The position numbers were made by a program, and so were the translations under genes. DNA of 64,000 nt from Psammoneis japonica (taxonomy: Eukaryota). The notes beneath the pieces were generated by a model. The model searched no databases. It saw only the letters and a program-made list of their open reading frames with translations, and was not told the DNA's origin. This document shows, one piece after another, positions 62,328 through 64,000 of this stretch; the stretch's first letter is position 1, and each line of letters opens with the position of its first letter. The stretch spans positions 186,001 through 250,000 of the forward strand of contig QPGO01000085.1 in assembly GCA_008632985.1 (NCBI GenBank), in the 5' to 3' direction.

Positions 62328-62762
62328 CAGGCCTCGGACTTGAACGTGCAGGATGGTTGCTATATTCTTCAAGTAGTAGGGAAATTGGTGAGAGAGCAAG
62401 AATCTCACACCGATACTCTACCATACTGTTACTCTTAGCCATCTACCGAAAATTGGATCTAAAATAAGTTGCCAGCAACAATAAGGTCGTCAATCTCATG
62501 CAAGCCTAGAAAATTGTCAAACCGCCCTAAACTCTCTCTGCTGTACGGCTCGTCTATCATCCGCGCGCGCCTGATCTTGTTCCTGTTCGGTCGTCTACAA
62601 GTATCACAGCCGTCTGAATATAAATATTTTCATTATTGCACACTTTCGATTATTGGTATCTGCCCGACAGCTTGGAAATCTTTTGCCATTCGATCTTCAT
62701 CTGCCCATGACAAGACGGTGAGATTCTTGTACGTAGGTACCGCAGCCTGTCCTTTCAGTTTG

Positions 62763-63989
62763 ATGCCCGATACACCTCCAAACAAAAAAGCCAGGACAAT
62801 GGGACAAGACTACTATGAAATCCTAGGCGTCTCCAAAGATGCAACGGAGGACGAGCTCAAGAAGGCCTACAAAAAGATGGCCGTCAAATGGTATGTCCTT
62901 TTTTGTTGTCGTTGCGTTCCTCTCACCGGTAGGCAAAAAACTCAGTGCTTGCAAGTTGAAAGTTGGGTCTGACAATAATTGGTTTCGCTCTGTCAAACAA
63001 GGCACCCAGACAAACACGCCTCGAAACCGGAGGCTCAGAGAAAAGAGGCAGAGGCAAAGTTTAAAGAGATGGCTGAAGCGTATGATGTGCTGAGCGATCC
63101 AGAGAAACGAGCCGTCTACGACCACTACGGCGAAGAGGGCCTAAAGGCCGGTGGACCTCCACCCCCTCCTCCCAAGCAGGATGAAGAACCGCAGCACTTT
63201 CAACCGGGAGGCGGTGGTCCGTTTGGAAGTGGATATACTGGTGGGCCTTCAGGACGGCCGACGGGTGCGGGCTACACATTCCGTGGCGACCCAAGCGAGT
63301 TTTTTGCAAGCTTTACTCGAGCTTCCAATCAGCGTCAACGATCTTATGGTGAAACTCCATTCGATGGAGCTGGGGGTCTGGAGGAGATGCTTTTTGGCGG
63401 GGGCGCTGAAGCTCGTCATGGTGGATCACAGAGGCATAGGCGCAGCAACGTGCCAGAAAGAGTTTGCAGTGTCCCTTGTACACTAGAAGACCTATACAGG
63501 GGCAGAACGAGGAAAATGAAGGTGACACGAAAGTCAATTACACCAGGAAGGCCTACAGAAAAAGTACTCGAGCTGCCCATCAAGCCCGGTCTCAAGGCAG
63601 GAACGCGCATCACATTTAGCGGAGAGGGAGACGAGATCGAAGCTGGTATCGCTGAGAATATTGTTTTTGTTTTGCGTGAGACAAAACACGATCGGTTTGT
63701 GCGCGATGGAGATGATTTACACTTTGAATGCAGAGTGTCTCTTGCGGATGCACTCTGTGGCTTTACTCGAGACATTCGGATGCTGGATGAACGGGAACGG
63801 ATCAAACGGCTAAATCAAAAGGTTCCGGTGAGCAATCTCACAACAAAGGTTCTGCAGGGTGAGGGTATGCCAATCTCAAAGCGACCAGGAGAAAAGGGTG
63901 ACATGATCATTTCTTTTGTCGTGGACTTTCCGAAGGAAGAACTTTCCGATATGCAGAAGGAGCACATTCGTGCTGCATTTCCAACCTAG
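62763..63989 (+). CDS. Class B J-domain protein (DnaJB/Sis1-like); intron ~62892-63001
   Basis: [16 protein letters not shown]-rich region, [20 protein letters not shown]. Confidence 0.95.
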
Positions 63990-64000
63990 ATGTTGATTTT

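Overview
Eukaryotic DNA, most likely from a pennate diatom. Supporting signs are short GT-AG introns, bipartite plastid-targeting presequences, a CoDi-like copia remnant and diatom-type LRR and secreted proteins. Host genes include three tandem Golgi-type sulfotransferases with a convergent SAM methyltransferase, phosphoserine aminotransferase, a CAMK-like kinase, a Gfo/Idh/MocA oxidoreductase, a vWA-alpha-kinase, an LRR protein, a GLUT sugar porter, DUF760, TPR, TTL, mitochondrial ACP, Erv41/46 and DnaJ. These are interrupted by four decayed domains (about 1-2010, 4100-10740, 29950-31960 and 38830-46980). Three hold recognisable retroelements (RLE-type non-LTR, Penelope-like with a hammerhead motif, Ty1/copia) and one holds unidentified decayed ORFs. 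The main finding is that the dinucleotide TpA is almost absent in these domains. Paired copies inside and outside a domain show site-by-site TA->TG or TA->CA conversion, with CG->TG/CA alongside. This looks like a transposon-targeted, RIP-like hypermutation with a spectrum opposite to fungal RIP, and it spreads into neighbouring host-derived DNA. Many host genes carry single-base frameshifts that are probably assembly errors. All alignments and counts were done by eye, and novelty was not checked against the literature.
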